Notes: a model not told the origin generated them from the sequence alone. 64,000 bases of DNA from an uncultured Spirochaetota bacterium (GCA_963835575.1 CAWIGG010000003.1:224001-288000), one strand, 5' to 3'. Counted from the stretch's first letter, positions 43,525 to 53,221 are shown. Made by a program: numbers and translations.

Positions 43525-43610
43525 ACGGTTTCTGGACCAGAGTGACGGACTCAAAACGTGAATCCTACGTAATTCTAACAAGGGATTCCTTTTAAATAAC
43601 ACTTTGACGA

Positions 43611-43640
43611 TTGACATTTACATCTCAAAACAGGTAAGAT
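43611..43640 (+). promoter_or_regulatory. Sigma70-like promoter for ank2
   Basis: TTGACA-18 nt-TAAGAT. Confidence 0.5.
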
Positions 43641-43673
43641 TATTGAGTCTTTGAAATTGAAGAAGGTTAGGGA

Positions 43674-44135
43674 ATGGGTATTTTTGAAGCGGCTCGCAAT
43701 GGCGATGTTGCTTTTATTAAGAGTTATAAAGGAGATATCAACATCGTGGATAATGTCGGTATGACGGCTTTGATGTGGGCGACTAACTATGGCCACACGG
43801 ACGCGATTAAAGCATTGATCAAGGCCAAGGCTAATTTAAACGCGACGGCTAAAGACGGCTCGACGGCTTTAATGATAGCGGCCTCCTATAGGCATACGGA
43901 TGCGGTTAAAGTTCTGATCAAGGCCGGGGCCAATTTAAACGCAGCAGATGAAAGGGGTTTGACGGCTTTGATGGATGCGGTCCTTGAGGGAACAACGGAC
44001 TCTGTTGAAGTATTGATCGCAGCTAAGGCCGATGTCAACATGGCGGATATTTACAGCAATACGGCTTTGCTAATTGCAAAAGCAAATAAATATAAAGATA
44101 TAATCAAGCTCTTGAAAGAAGCAGAGGCAAAATAA
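43674..44135 (+). CDS. Small ankyrin-repeat protein (ank2)
   Basis: Same N-cap, ankyrin repeats. Confidence 0.9.
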   Translation: MGIFEAARNGDVAFIKSYKGDINIVDNVGMTALMWATNYGHTDAIKALIKAKANLNATAKDGSTALMIAASYRHTDAVKVLIKAGANLNAADERGLTALMDAVLEGTTDSVEVLIAAKADVNMADIYSNTALLIAKANKYKDIIKLLKEAEAK

Positions 44136-44182
44136 ACGATATGTTAAACGGTAAAGTCTCTTACCGGGTAGAAGGTTAGAAA

Positions 44183-44446
44183 ATGGACATTTATGAAGCG
44201 GCTCGCAATGGCGATGTTGCGTTTATTAAGAGTTATAAAGGCGATGTCAACGTCGTGGATAAATGGGGCTGGACGGCTTTGTTTGAGGCGGCTTGCAATG
44301 GTCACACGGCCGCGGTTAAAGTATTGATAGAGGCAAAGGCCAATGTCAACGTGGAGGATACAAACGGTAAGACGGCTTTGATGCTTGCGACCAGATGTGG
44401 GTACATGGATGTGGTTACAGAATTAAAAAAGGCTGGCGCTAAATAG
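44183..44446 (+). CDS. Minimal ankyrin-repeat protein (ank3)
   Basis: N-cap, one internal repeat, C-cap. Confidence 0.85.
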   Translation: MDIYEAARNGDVAFIKSYKGDVNVVDKWGWTALFEAACNGHTAAVKVLIEAKANVNVEDTNGKTALMLATRCGYMDVVTELKKAGAK

Positions 44447-44616
44447 ACAGATCCTGGGGAAGAGCCGGGATTCTGGCTGTGGACTGTTAAAAAAACCCTA
44501 CCCGTGAAATCTTGGCAATTCTAACAGGGTATTGCGTGAAAAAGCCATTAAAAGTTGCAAAATTTTGATGGGAGAATATAATTACCCGCAAAATTGAAAG
44601 TGTGGGAGGTTAGAAT

Positions 44617-45411
44617 ATGGGTGATCTTAATTCAGTGGACAAAAATAATAAAATGGTTAAAATTCCAGGTGGTACTTTCCAGATGTATTCCCAAAAGGTA
44701 ACAGTCTCATCATTTTCTATTTCAAAATTTGATATCAAGCAGGGCGAATGGGTAGAGATTATGGGAGATAATCCATCACATTTTAATGATAATCTTAATA
44801 ATCCCGTTGAAAATGTTTCATGGTATGATGCGGTTGTTTATTGCAATAAAAGGAGCATAAAAGAGGGCCTGACCCCGGTGTACTCAATCAGTGGAAGTAC
44901 CGATCCTTCCTCCTGGGGAGCAGTGCCGACTTCAATAAATTCCATCTGGAATACTGTTACCGCTGACTGGTTTACCAACGGATACCGGTTGCCTACAGAA
45001 ATGGAATGGATGTGGGCGGCCATGGGGGCCGATACGGCGAATCCGGGGCAGGTTAATCTCACCGGCTACAATAAAGTCTTTGCGGGGAGCACAGGGGCTA
45101 ATGGTATTAATGACTATGCCTGGACCAACGGCAATAGCGGAGGAACCACGCATCCGGTAGGTACTAAATTGACGAACGAGCTTGGCCTGTATAACATGAG
45201 CGGGAATGTGTGGCAGTGGTGCTGGGACTGGTATAGGAATTATCCGATGGATTCGCAAACGGATTACCGTGGAACGGCTTCGGGCACGCGCCGCGTCTTA
45301 CACGGCGGCAGTTGGTACGACGGATCGTCGTACGCTACGGTTGCCTATCGCGCCGACCGCAACCCGTTTAACCAGCTCAACAATATCGGGTTCCGTGTTG
45401 TGCGCCCCTGA
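44617..45411 (+). CDS. FGE-sulfatase/C-type-lectin-fold protein, probable DGR target
   Basis: PVENVSWYDA, RLPTEMEW, GLYNMSGNVWQW, GGSW...NIGFRVVRP. Confidence 0.88.
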   Translation: MGDLNSVDKNNKMVKIPGGTFQMYSQKVTVSSFSISKFDIKQGEWVEIMGDNPSHFNDNLNNPVENVSWYDAVVYCNKRSIKEGLTPVYSISGSTDPSSWGAVPTSINSIWNTVTADWFTNGYRLPTEMEWMWAAMGADTANPGQVNLTGYNKVFAGSTGANGINDYAWTNGNSGGTTHPVGTKLTNELGLYNMSGNVWQWCWDWYRNYPMDSQTDYRGTASGTRRVLHGGSWYDGSSYATVAYRADRNPFNQLNNIGFRVVRP

Positions 45412-45626
45412 GTTCTGCAGAAATCGAGTCCCTTTAGCCGCGTAGGCGTCAAGCCTGAGCGGGTTAAGGGACTCGTAAGCGAAATACACGTCGCGTTTGC
45501 GCGGCGTCGCCTTATATTGTATTGGATATAGATTTGCCATTGTTAACGCAATTTGTATCGTTTCCTTGTGGGCTAACTGGGAACACCGGAAGGTGCTTTT
45601 TTAAGCATCATACCGTAAAAATACCC

Positions 45627-46177
45627 ATGTACAACGCCGTGATCCGGCTCATGGGTTTCTGCGGCCTCCGGGCTTCCGAAGTCATCGGACATGAAAAACG
45701 AGAGGGCGGAGGACTCCGGATCCGGGATATAAACCTTACTTCCGGAGAAATTACGATCCGGGACGCAAAGGACACCAGGGTGAAAGAAAAACGGCAGAAG
45801 AAGAATAAAACAGGCCGGGTAGTTTTCGCTCAGGGAGAAACCCTCGAGGCCATGCGGACCTGGTGGATAAAAATAAGGTCCTCTCTCTCCGGCCAGGCTC
45901 CGGAAGATTATTTTTTCTGCAACCGGTTCGGGGGAAAATAAACAACAGCCAGTTGCGGAGGGCTTTTCGTATATACGGGAACAAGGCCGGGATCCCGCAA
46001 GAAAAGCGGCATCCCCATGCATTACGTCATTCGGCCGGCACGAGGTTTAATAAGGTTACAAAAGACCTGCTTATAACACAAAAAATTCTCGGACATGCTA
46101 ACGCCCATGAAACCGTTCGTTATGCCCATGTGTCCGGCGCCGATATCGAGGAAACGATGAAAAGGGTATTGGGGTAA
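45627..46177 (+). pseudogene. Tyrosine recombinase copy 3 (-1 frameshift near 45935)
   Basis: Near-identical to copies 1 and 2, split over two frames. Confidence 0.85.
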
Positions 46178-46211
46178 TTTGAAATCCCGGATAAGCCGTT
46201 AAGGGGGGGGG

Positions 46212-46265
46212 ATGGGTATTTTTGAAGCGGCTCGCAATGGCGATGTTGCGTTTATTCAGAGTTAT
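46212..46265 (+). pseudogene. Ankyrin N-cap fragment
   Basis: ATGGGTATTTTTGAAGCGGCTCGCAATGGCGATGTTGCGTTTATT then unrelated DNA. Confidence 0.75.
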
Positions 46266-46369
46266 TGGTTATAATCCTATAGGTACTGACAAAAAATTGA
46301 AGCAGAAAGGCCAAGATAGAATTATTTGTCGGAAAGTTAACGGATTCAGGTATTTATTAGGGGGTATTT

Positions 46370-46708
46370 ATGATTTACACAGAAAAAGAAGTTCAGGATA
46401 TTCTAAAAAATTATTTTGGTAATAGAATTAATGAAATCTTTAAAACCGATGGTTTTAGTTTATTTTTAAAGGAGTATTACAGCAATGGAATCGGAAATAA
46501 TCCTCTAATTCTTTTTTTAAATAAAAATTATATGGAGCTTGGAATTCAAGAATATTCTTTTGCTCCCCCCAAATACACTAATTTAAATGACATAGATTTG
46601 TCTAAATGGGAATTTCCCAGAATTCATCCTATAGAAAACTGGATGTATATGAAGGAAAGTAAGATAACTAAAATAATTGGTGATCATGAAGTCATTAGGA
46701 CAAAATAA
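46370..46708 (+). CDS. Hypothetical protein
   Basis: 112-aa ORF with AGGGGG upstream. Confidence 0.55.
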   Translation: MIYTEKEVQDILKNYFGNRINEIFKTDGFSLFLKEYYSNGIGNNPLILFLNKNYMELGIQEYSFAPPKYTNLNDIDLSKWEFPRIHPIENWMYMKESKITKIIGDHEVIRTK

Positions 46709-46801
46709 AGACCGGGAAAATCACCTGGTCAAAGCTAATTGTCATATCAAACAGCGAGGTAATTTATGTCTATTTTCCAGGAAAGAAGTTGATTTAACGG
46801 T

Positions 46802-47200
46802 ATGATTGATTTAAAAAAGGCGGTTCTGTTTTCAAGTGGTGATTCTAATATTTCTTTTTTAGCAAAATGTTTGGCAGATGAGGTGAGAGCTGATTTAGTG
46901 CCTTTTATTAAAATAAATAACTGTGATTTTAATAAATATAATTTAATATTCATTGGTTTAAAAATTGAGGAAGGGAAATTAGATCCATATTATAAGAGAA
47001 TTAAATTTAAGAATAAAGATGTTCAAATATTTTATTTTTACCCGTCTGATACAAACGCATCATTTGATGCACTCGAAAAAAAACTTGTTAATAATATGAT
47101 TAAAGGTGATAAGAACTTTTATACTCCTGATTTTGATAGAAAGAAATTATGTGATAATATTCAAACTTGGGGTACTTTAGTAAGTCAATACACAGTTTAA
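46802..47200 (+). CDS. Degenerate flavodoxin-like protein
   Basis: AVLFSSGDSNISFLAKCLA...YNLIFIG pattern. Confidence 0.45.
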   Translation: MIDLKKAVLFSSGDSNISFLAKCLADEVRADLVPFIKINNCDFNKYNLIFIGLKIEEGKLDPYYKRIKFKNKDVQIFYFYPSDTNASFDALEKKLVNNMIKGDKNFYTPDFDRKKLCDNIQTWGTLVSQYTV

Positions 47201-47219
47201 AAATAAATGGGGTTAGAAA

Positions 47220-47603
47220 ATGGACGTTTTTGAAGCGGCTCGCAATGGCAAAGTTGCTTTTATTAAGAGTTATAAAGGCGATGTCAACGCCGTGACTAAA
47301 GACGGCTGGACGGCTTTGATGGAAGCGGCAGGGGAAGGGCGCATGAACATTGTCAAAGCATTGATCGCGGCGAAGGCCGACGTCAACGCGGCGGCTAAAG
47401 ACGGCTGGGCGGCTTTAATGTATGCGGCTTCAGAAGGGCAAACGAGTACAGTTAAAGCATTGATCGAGGCAGGGGCCAATATCAACGCAGCGAATAATAA
47501 AGGCGAGACGGCTTTATCGCTTGCTATTGATAATAAGCATACAGGAATTGCCAAGCTCTTGAAAGAGGGGGCAACGCAGAATTCGGAGAAAATTGTACTC
47601 TAA
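47220..47603 (+). CDS. Small ankyrin-repeat protein (ank4)
   Basis: Same N-cap, two internal repeats. Confidence 0.9.
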   Translation: MDVFEAARNGKVAFIKSYKGDVNAVTKDGWTALMEAAGEGRMNIVKALIAAKADVNAAAKDGWAALMYAASEGQTSTVKALIEAGANINAANNKGETALSLAIDNKHTGIAKLLKEGATQNSEKIVL

Positions 47604-47640
47604 GCCGTAGCCGATACCCCGGCCCATTGTTTGTCGGATT

Positions 47641-47870
47641 CTAATTTTTCTTCCCATTAACGGTATCTTTCATAGCTCTTCCTGGCTTGAAACATGCAGA
47701 TTTTCTGGCCGGGACTTTTACTTCTTCTCCAGTTTTAGGGTTTCTTGCAACCCTGGCTTTCCTTTGCTTTATGCCGAAAGTTCCGAATCCACGAATCTCG
47801 ATACGATTTCCAGCACCCGTATTCTCAATGGAATCCTTCAATTTATCAATGAATTTAGTGAACGAATAAG
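47641..47870 (-). pseudogene. HU/IHF-family gene lacking its N-terminal helices
   Basis: IEIRGFGTF...ARNPKTGEEVKVP...FKPG. Confidence 0.75.
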
Positions 47871-48046
47871 GGATGCGCTGTCAAGGACGGTCAATGTGAG
47901 GCCTTCAAAGGACACAACAGGCCCCCCCTTGACAGGACTTATTTAAAGCCCCTACAAAGGGTATATTTCAGGCCTATGATTGAAAATAACAACGCCATAA
48001 CAACGAGGTTCTAACCCTCACTATGTACAAAGTTACCTAAGGGCCA

Positions 48047-48337
48047 TTATAAAACAACAGCGATAATGTCGTCGCCGGAAAGGATAAGGTAATCCGCTTC
48101 TTCAATCTTGATCTGTGTTCCGGCGTACTTATCATAAATTACTTCATCCCCTACTTTCACTTCGACAGGAATAAGTTCTCCCTTGTCGTTCTTCTTTCCA
48201 GGGCCTATAGCCTCAATAACTCCGCGCTGCGTTTTTTCTTCCTGCGCGGTTTGAGGGATATAAATACCGCCTTTAGTTTTTTCTTCAGTCTTATTTACTT
48301 TGATTAAAACCCTGTTACTCAATGGTTTGACCTTCAT
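48047..48337 (-). CDS. groES: Co-chaperonin GroES
   Basis: KPLSNRV...TKGGIYIP...KYAGT. Confidence 0.95.
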   Translation of the reverse strand: MKVKPLSNRVLIKVNKTEEKTKGGIYIPQTAQEEKTQRGVIEAIGPGKKNDKGELIPVEVKVGDEVIYDKYAGTQIKIEEADYLILSGDDIIAVVL

Positions 48338-48378
48338 ATATCGCCTCCAATATAATTATTATTTTAATAAAAATAAGC

Positions 48379-50013
48379 TTAATACATATCACCCATTCCG
48401 CCGCCGCCTCCCGGAAGCATCATCGGGGCTTTTCCATTTTCAGGCTTATCGGTGATCAGCACTTCGGCTATCAAAAGCAGGCCTGCGATGGAGGCTGCGT
48501 TTTGAAGGGCGATCCTTCCGACTTTGGCAGGATCTATGATACCCGCTTTAACCATATCAACCCATTCGCCTGTTAAAGCATTATAACCGATCCCTTCTTT
48601 TGATTCCTTGGCTTTATAAACGACAACAGATCCGTCGATTCCGGCGTTGTCGGCTATCAGGCGCATAGGCGATTCGAGAGACTGGTAAATAATGTTTATT
48701 CCGACTTTCTCATCCGGGTTATCAGCTTCAATTTTAGCAACGGCTTTCTGCGCCTTGAGCATCGCAAGTCCTCCACCGGGAATGATGCCTTCTTCTATCG
48801 CGGCCCTGGTGGCGGAAAGTGCGTCTTCAACGCGAGCTTTCTTTTCTTTTAATTCAACTTCGGTAGCGGCACCAACTTTAATAATGGCAACGCCTCCGGA
48901 AAGTTTTGCGAGCCTTTCCTGGAGTTTTTCCTTGTCGTAATCTGAAGTGGTATCTTCTATCTGTTTTTTAATCTGCTTGATTCTTGCCTGTATGTCTTCT
49001 TTTTTACCGGCCCCGTCGATGATGACTGTGTTTTCTTTATCGATTTTGACTCTCCTGGCCTTTCCGAGATCGTCCAGGGTTGTGTTCTCAAGCTTCATGC
49101 CTTTTTCTTCTGAAATTACGTTGGCTTTTGTAAGAACAGCTATATCTTCAAGCATGGCTTTCCTTCTGTCTCCGAATGCGGGAGCTTTCACAGCCACGCT
49201 GTTTAATGTCCCTCTCAGCTTGTTGACAATTAAAGTGGCCAGAGCTTCTCCTTCGATATCTTCAGCGATAATAAGAAGTGTTTTACCGCTCTGGGCGATT
49301 TTCTCAAGAAGCGGGACAATCTCTTTCAGAGATGATATCTTCTTGTCATAAACCAGAATGAAAGGCTCTTCAAGTTCCGCTATCATGCTTTCAGCGTTTG
49401 TAACCATGTAAGCTGACAGATAACCTCTGTCGAACTGCATGCCTTCTACAACATCCACTAAAGTGTCCATGACCTTGGATTCTTCTACAGTTATAACCCC
49501 GTCTTTGCCTACCTTGTCCATGGCATCTGCGATATATTCGCCGATTGTCTGGTCATTATTAGCTGAAATTGACGCCACGTTGCGGATCTCTTCCCTGCCT
49601 TCAACCTTTTTTGACATCTTTTTGATCTCTTCTACAACGACTGCCACGGCTTTATCAATGCCTTTCTTGATAAGTGTGGGATTGCTGCCAGCTGTAACAT
49701 TCTTAAACCCTTCCTTAATAATTGCATGAGCGAAAACAGTGGCTGTAGTAGTGCCGTCACCAGCTATATCATTTGTTTTTGTCGCAACTTCCTTAACAAG
49801 CTGCGCTCCCATGTTCTCAAAGCGATCATCAAGTTCGATTTCCTTGGCTACGGTAACGCCGTCTTTAGTTATAGTCGGAGCACCGAATTTCTTGTCAATA
49901 ACTACATTACGACCTCTCGGGCCGAGCGTTGCACCAACCGCTTTTGAAAGTTTTTCAACACCGATTAGTAATTTTTGATGTGCTTCACTTGAAAACATCA
50001 AATCTTTTGCCAT
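48379..50013 (-). CDS. groEL: Chaperonin GroEL
   Basis: [17 protein letters not shown] tail; AGGAG before MAKD. Confidence 0.97.
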   Translation of the reverse strand: MAKDLMFSSEAHQKLLIGVEKLSKAVGATLGPRGRNVVIDKKFGAPTITKDGVTVAKEIELDDRFENMGAQLVKEVATKTNDIAGDGTTTATVFAHAIIKEGFKNVTAGSNPTLIKKGIDKAVAVVVEEIKKMSKKVEGREEIRNVASISANNDQTIGEYIADAMDKVGKDGVITVEESKVMDTLVDVVEGMQFDRGYLSAYMVTNAESMIAELEEPFILVYDKKISSLKEIVPLLEKIAQSGKTLLIIAEDIEGEALATLIVNKLRGTLNSVAVKAPAFGDRRKAMLEDIAVLTKANVISEEKGMKLENTTLDDLGKARRVKIDKENTVIIDGAGKKEDIQARIKQIKKQIEDTTSDYDKEKLQERLAKLSGGVAIIKVGAATEVELKEKKARVEDALSATRAAIEEGIIPGGGLAMLKAQKAVAKIEADNPDEKVGINIIYQSLESPMRLIADNAGIDGSVVVYKAKESKEGIGYNALTGEWVDMVKAGIIDPAKVGRIALQNAASIAGLLLIAEVLITDKPENGKAPMMLPGGGGGMGDMY

Positions 50014-50394
50014 ACGATCATCTCCTATATTATTATTTAAAAATCCAACGTTGTTTAAAAAATTTAAAAGAAATATAATCAAATTTCTGTGTCATATACT
50101 TACATTTTCTCAAATTAATGTTTTCCATAGTGTCAAAAATCGATTGATTTGTTTGATTAATCCAATTAAACTTTGTAGTGCGAATTTTTGCAGGACAAAA
50201 TTAAAGGAAAGGTAAGTTGTGTTTTACTGTATTCGCATTAAGTGAGCAAGTATAGTCAGTATTTTCATTATTGTCAACAGGTCGAATTGCTTCATAATAA
50301 ATCCACTCAAAACGGAATCGTTGCCTCAAATAAAAATCCACTCCAAATTATACTAAATCCAGTTCAAAACTGCAATGGACTAGAGGATGAAATT

Positions 50395-50433
50395 GGGGTT
50401 ACCTTGGAAAAGGGAAAAAATAGTACGTCTAAG
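50395..50433 (+). mobile_element. Isolated Tn3-type end related to the 203-bp MITE
   Basis: GGGGTTACCTTGGAAAAGGGAAAAAATAGTACGTCTAAG. Confidence 0.75.
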
Positions 50434-50967
50434 GATTTTTAGAGTTAACAACATCATTCCCTATAAATATTTATAAAAATGCGTCAGATTGAAGTACACG
50501 GCCCTATGGGAGCGAAGCTGCCACCAGGGGCAAAGTAAGCTCCTCAGCCTGGCCGACCTGGTACAGCTCCAGGGAGATATCGCCTTGGTACTCGCCCAGG
50601 CTTCCGGCAGATCGGCGGAGTGCATTCGGTCGGATGAAAGCCTCATCGGGCATCGAAAGACGGCCTCACATTGACCTTATTGAGGCTCTATTTTCATAAC
50701 AGCCCTTAAAAACGGCTCTTCCCCGGACATGTCGCCATTTCCGGCCATCGCCGCCGATCGGCGAATTGATGCATCGATCGAAAAGATAGCGAAACAAGAC
50801 AATTGGGCTGATATAAGGATTCGTATAAATTATATAAATCACTTGGTTATAATTAGCAACAAGGGAATAATCATTGTAAATATTATTACTTTCGGCTTGA
50901 ATATTTGGAGAAAATGTCGTATAATTGTTTATGAAGATGTCGTAATATTATAAATGAGGTTATTATT

Positions 50968-51381
50968 ATGCCGATAGGCAATACTTTAGAAAAAAGGATA
51001 CAATACAGGATTAAAAGGAATAAAGCTTCTGTGTTTTTGCTTTCGGATTTTGCTGATTTATCAGATAAAGATCAGATTATGCGCGCATTAAAAAAGCTAA
51101 TAAACAAAAAGCTTGTTGTCAAAGTAGGGCAAGGTCTTTATACCCGAGCAAGAATATCAACAATAACGAATAATCCTATTCCTGAAAAGGATATTATATC
51201 TGTTGCCAAAGAAGCTTTAAAAAAACTTAATGTAAAAGTTGTACCATCTAATTACGATATAATGTACGAAACAGGGAAATCAACCCAGGTTCCAACTGGA
51301 AGGGTTATAACTGTTAAAAGTCGAGTGTCAAGAAAAATTGGGTTTAATGGAAACTTTATAAAATATGCCAAAGCAAATTGA
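50968..51381 (+). CDS. AbiEi/DUF6088-like antitoxin
   Basis: wHTH with KVGQGLY, STQVP; overlaps the toxin gene. Confidence 0.8.
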   Translation: MPIGNTLEKRIQYRIKRNKASVFLLSDFADLSDKDQIMRALKKLINKKLVVKVGQGLYTRARISTITNNPIPEKDIISVAKEALKKLNVKVVPSNYDIMYETGKSTQVPTGRVITVKSRVSRKIGFNGNFIKYAKAN

Positions 51382-52339
51382 AAAAATTGTTTATGAAGAT
51401 ATTGCCGCTGAACTTGGCGTTAAGCCTTCTTTTATTGAAAAAGATTATTACGCCGTACATATACTAAATGAATTATCAAAGATAGAATATGAAAACGCAA
51501 AGTTAATATTTTCAGGCGGAACTTGCTTATCAAAGGGATACAAGCTTATAAAAAGATTTTCTGAAGACCTTGATTTTAGAATAGATACAACTGTGCCTTT
51601 TACAAGGCCGCAAAGAAGAGAGTTTAGAGAATTTATAATATCAAAAATTAAAGACCTTCCAGACTTAGAGTATTTAGAAGAATCTTTAGACATAAAAAAC
51701 AATAGTGAATTATTCGGGTTTAATGTTAAATATCCGAAATTGTTTACTTTTAGTGGTGGATTAAGAAACGATTTAAAATTGGAATTTACTTTTAAAAACT
51801 TGCAACTCCCCACTAATACATGTCCAATTGAAACCTTTGTATCAAAATATACTGGTAAAACTGAAATAACAAAGATGAATTGTATTTCCCCTGTTGAAAT
51901 CGGAGCAGACAAATTAAGTGCTTTGATGTGGCGGGTTGATATAAAAAACAGAACAAAGCCACAAGGTCATGTCGCAAATGATGCAACCATCATAAGACAT
52001 TTACACGATTTATCTGCTTTAGAAAAGCTTCTATTAAACGATGTTTTTATAAAGTGTGCTGAGAAGTCTTTTGAAACCGATAAAGGTCGTAGTGGTTCTA
52101 ATGATCACATTATTTTAGCTGAATATGCAAAAAGGACTTTAGATAAGTTAAAAACAGATAGTATTTATGCCAAAGAGTACAAGGAATTTGTTGATGCTTT
52201 GTCTTATTCCAAAGAATCTGAGACGATTGATTTTAAAAGGGCTTTATCATCTTTTGAGAGAATTGTTGATTTTATCAAAATGGATATTAATAAAAATCAT
52301 GCAATTAAAAAAGACAATAGCCGTGGGATGGGAATGTAA
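51365..52339 (+). CDS. AbiEii-family nucleotidyltransferase toxin (type IV TA)
   Basis: IEKDY, FSGGTCLSK, RFSEDLDF, RHLHD. Confidence 0.88.
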   Translation: MPKQIEKIVYEDIAAELGVKPSFIEKDYYAVHILNELSKIEYENAKLIFSGGTCLSKGYKLIKRFSEDLDFRIDTTVPFTRPQRREFREFIISKIKDLPDLEYLEESLDIKNNSELFGFNVKYPKLFTFSGGLRNDLKLEFTFKNLQLPTNTCPIETFVSKYTGKTEITKMNCISPVEIGADKLSALMWRVDIKNRTKPQGHVANDATIIRHLHDLSALEKLLLNDVFIKCAEKSFETDKGRSGSNDHIILAEYAKRTLDKLKTDSIYAKEYKEFVDALSYSKESETIDFKRALSSFERIVDFIKMDINKNHAIKKDNSRGMGM

Positions 52340-52462
52340 ATAATATTAGGGTTTACCGAAATCCAGCCCAGCTCCTCAGCCCGGCTGTTTTTTCCGCCGC
52401 CGGCCGGCCACTGCAGATTCCCCCGCCTTTAGTTCGGTCATTACCTCGATGGCGGTCTTAAT

Positions 52463-52665
52463 GGGGTTACCTTGGAATTCGGAAAAAATAGTACGCTAAC
52501 GAAATATAAACCTATCCATCTTATTATATAATAAGAACTTAAAAATATCATCAATTTCAGATGATAACCCAAATCTTATGATTTTATCGGATTCAGTAAC
52601 TCTTTACCCGGTAATGATATTATAATTCTTAACGTACAAAAATATCCAAATTCCAAGGTAACCCC
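52463..52665. mobile_element. 203-bp Tn3-type MITE, copy B
   Basis: Nearly identical to 38134-38336. Confidence 0.85.
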
Positions 52666-53221
52666 ATGTACAGCGCCGTGATCCGGCTCATGGGTTTCTG
52701 CGGCCTCCGGGCTTCCGAAGTCATCGGACATGAAAAACGTGAGGGGGGCGGCCTCCGGATCCGGGACATTGATCTTACTTCCGGAGAAATTATAATCAGG
52801 GACGCAAAGGACACCAGGGTGAAAGAAAAACGGCAGAAGAAGAATAAAACAGGCCGGGTAGTTTTCGCTCAGGGAGAAACCCTCGAGGCCATGCGGATCT
52901 GGTGGACAAAAATAAGGTCCTCTCTCTCCGGCCAGGCTCCGGAAGATTATTTTTTTCTGCAACCGGTTTGGGGGAAAAATTAACAACAGCCAGCTGAGGA
53001 GAGCATTTCGTATATACGGTGCCAAGGCCGGGATCCCGCAAGAAAAGCGTCATCCCCATGTATTACGTCATTCGGCCGGCACGAGGTTTTATAAAGTTAC
53101 AAAAGACCTGCTTATAACTCAAAAAATACTCGGCCATGCGAACGCCCATGAAACCGTTCGTTATGCCCATGTCTCCGGCGCTGACATCGAGGAAACGATG
53201 AAAAAGGTATTGAGGAACTAA
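52666..53221 (+). pseudogene. Tyrosine recombinase copy 4 (+1 T frameshift near 52950)
   Basis: T7 in place of T6; HVLRH variant. Confidence 0.85.

Noticed and set aside
43573..44615. Integron attC sites (TTCTAAC ... GTTAG pairs about 100 bp apart between genes)
   Set aside because: Internal L-box complementarity is poor, the intervals contain promoter-like hexamers, GTTAG is part of the SD region, and the recombinase lacks the IntI-specific insertion. An IntegronFinder run would settle it.
44617..47603. Complete DGR in the window, or DGR-driven ankyrin variation
   Set aside because: No reverse transcriptase, avd or template repeat was found, and ankyrin differences are not obviously adenine-restricted.
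50295..50372. Iteron-like AAATCCA.T..AAA triplet
   Set aside because: Short, AT-rich, irregularly spaced, and no rep gene nearby.
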